Below are positions 62,824 to 63,792 of a stretch of DNA of 63,792 bases, one piece after another; positions within the stretch are counted from its first letter, which is position 1; every line of letters begins with the position of its first letter. A program made the translations under genes and the position numbers. This stretch comes from Actinomycetota bacterium (GTDB lineage Bacteria > Actinomycetota > CADDZG01 > JAHWKV01 > JAOPZY01): NCBI GenBank assembly GCA_025963875.1, contig JAOPZY010000033.1, forward strand, positions 1 to 63,792. The letters run 5' to 3'. The notes below the pieces were generated by a model. It was not told the origin of the DNA. It did not search any database and saw only the letters and a program-made list of their open reading frames with translations.

Positions 62824-62838
62824 GACGGAGACGATACC

Positions 62839-63507
62839 TCAGCTGGGGTCGGGCTCCGGTTCCCGCTGTTCGGGCTCGAGCTTCGGCTTGTCGGGCTCCG
62901 GGTCCTCGGGGTCGATGTCCTCCGCAGCCAGCTTGCCCCACGGGATGGCGTCGAGCCAGCTGAGGATCCCCTCCTCGAAGATGATGGCGAAGCGGACCAC
63001 ATGCGCCGGCGCGGGGTCGGACCGGACGATGGCTGGCAGCAGGTTGCGGTAGTACTCCAGCGCCTCCTCGTGCCGGGGACGGACGGTGCTGACGAAGCGC
63101 CGTAGCGTCTCCTCGGACAGCAGGGCGCCGAAGAAGAACTTGAGCAGGAACGGAGAGCGGATGACATCGGGGCCCGGGTCGATCTCCAGCCACGCCAGGA
63201 ACGACTCGCGGCCGCGGTCGGTGATCGCGTAGGGCGCCCGGCGACGGGGCCCCACCTCTCCCAGCTCCACCAGACCGTTGACGGCGAGGGCCTGCAGTTC
63301 CCGGTAGATCTGGCTGCGGGTGACGTTCCAGAAATGGCCGACGCTCGCCTCCACCGCGGAGACGATCTCCCCACCGCTCATGGGCCGCCAGTAGAGGAAC
63401 CCGAGGAGCGACGCCGAGGTCGGGTTGATGGGGCTTGGCGCTTGCGTTGGGTCTTCACTTGGGTCTTGCGTTGGGTCTTGACTGTCCACAGTGGACATTG
63501 TTACCAT
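62839..63507 (-). CDS. PadR-family transcriptional regulator with acidic/Pro-rich tails
   Basis: LLGFLYWRPMSGGEIVSAV...SQIYRELQALAVNGLV wHTH. ATG 63507 (GGGAG 8 nt upstream) or 63498. Confidence 0.8.
   Translation of the reverse strand: MVTMSTVDSQDPTQDPSEDPTQAPSPINPTSASLLGFLYWRPMSGGEIVSAVEASVGHFWNVTRSQIYRELQALAVNGLVELGEVGPRRRAPYAITDRGRESFLAWLEIDPGPDVIRSPFLLKFFFGALLSEETLRRFVSTVRPRHEEALEYYRNLLPAIVRSDPAPAHVVRFAIIFEEGILSWLDAIPWGKLAAEDIDPEDPEPDKPKLEPEQREPEPDPS
63483..63497. promoter_or_regulatory. Perfect 7-1-7 palindrome at the 5' end of the PadR gene
   Basis: TGTCCAC-A-GTGGACA. GTGGA half-sites recur at 63563-63567 and 63582-63586. Confidence 0.35.
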
Positions 63508-63625
63508 CCTTTTGGCTCCCTGCTGGCTCCCTGCCGGCGAACTGACCTCCAGGGATATCACGGTGGATACCACGGTGAGCGGTGGAGTCCTGGATTTCTC
63601 CAAACCTCCGCAGACGGGAGAGGGG

Positions 63626-63792
63626 ATGGGAACGCTCGTGGCAGAGATGGCGGTGGTGCAACAGGCCGCCGAGACGATTGCCGGTCGGGTGGCCGCCATG
63701 GTCCGGGACATCCCCGACGTGAACCTCCGGATCCCCCACTCCGAATGGAGCGTGGGCGAGGCCGCCGCCCACCTGGCCTTCGCCAACCTGGG
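63626..63792 (+). CDS. DinB/mycothiol-maleylpyruvate-isomerase N-terminal-domain-like protein, 5' part (runs off window)
   Basis: ATG 63626 after GGGAGAGGGG. MGTLVAEMAVVQQAAETIAGRVAAMVRDIPDVNLRIPHSEWSVGEAAAHLAF. Not in the ORF track because no stop is reached. Confidence 0.5.
   Translation, partial: MGTLVAEMAVVQQAAETIAGRVAAMVRDIPDVNLRIPHSEWSVGEAAAHLAFANL

Noticed and set aside
1-63792. Searched for tRNA/rRNA genes, transposases, integrases, phage genes and cas genes.
   Set aside because: No intergenic space is large enough for a tRNA or rRNA gene or shows tRNA-like T-arm motifs. No ORF has recombinase or transposase motifs. The only rearrangement signal is the kinase inversion.

Overview
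Very GC-rich chromosomal segment (third codon positions are almost all G/C, so most real genes carry long spurious antisense shadow ORFs). It has Actinomycetota hallmarks: mihF-gmk-rpoZ-coaBC and metK-priA-def-fmt blocks, an ECF sigma factor, PadR, and GT39/GT87 envelope glycosyltransferases. I support about 70 genes. Core content: the tail of a urease accessory operon (ureF-G-D) overlapping an agmatinase-family ureohydrolase, an ABC-2 exporter, pheST, vapBC, an orphan PAS histidine kinase, rplT-rpmI-infC (ATC start), hisG, ribD-E-BA-H, fmt/def/priA/metK, coaBC/rpoZ/gmk/mihF, pyrE and PadR. Unusual content: (i) a Nit1C / MSMEG_0565-0572 (sll0783-0787)-type radical-SAM cluster at 38.8-50.6 kb that lacks its nitrilase, carries an amidohydrolase_2 gene in that position, and is joined to carbamate kinase + FdrA, whose DUF1116/DUF2877 partners sit about 4 kb away next to twin fumarate-lyase-family genes; (ii) a Hanks-type Ser/Thr kinase gene cut in two by a ~1.36 kb inversion that also flips its divergent ECF sigma gene; (iii) two related families of intergenic palindromic repeats (about 11 copies), piled up at 50.5-50.8 kb; (iv) a penicillin-acylase-family gene with one in-frame TAG; (v) a 1.25 kb lower-GC islet with two orphan genes behind a near-consensus promoter. 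I saw no rRNA, tRNA, CRISPR, transposase or integrase genes. All family assignments come from motif recognition by eye, not from searches.
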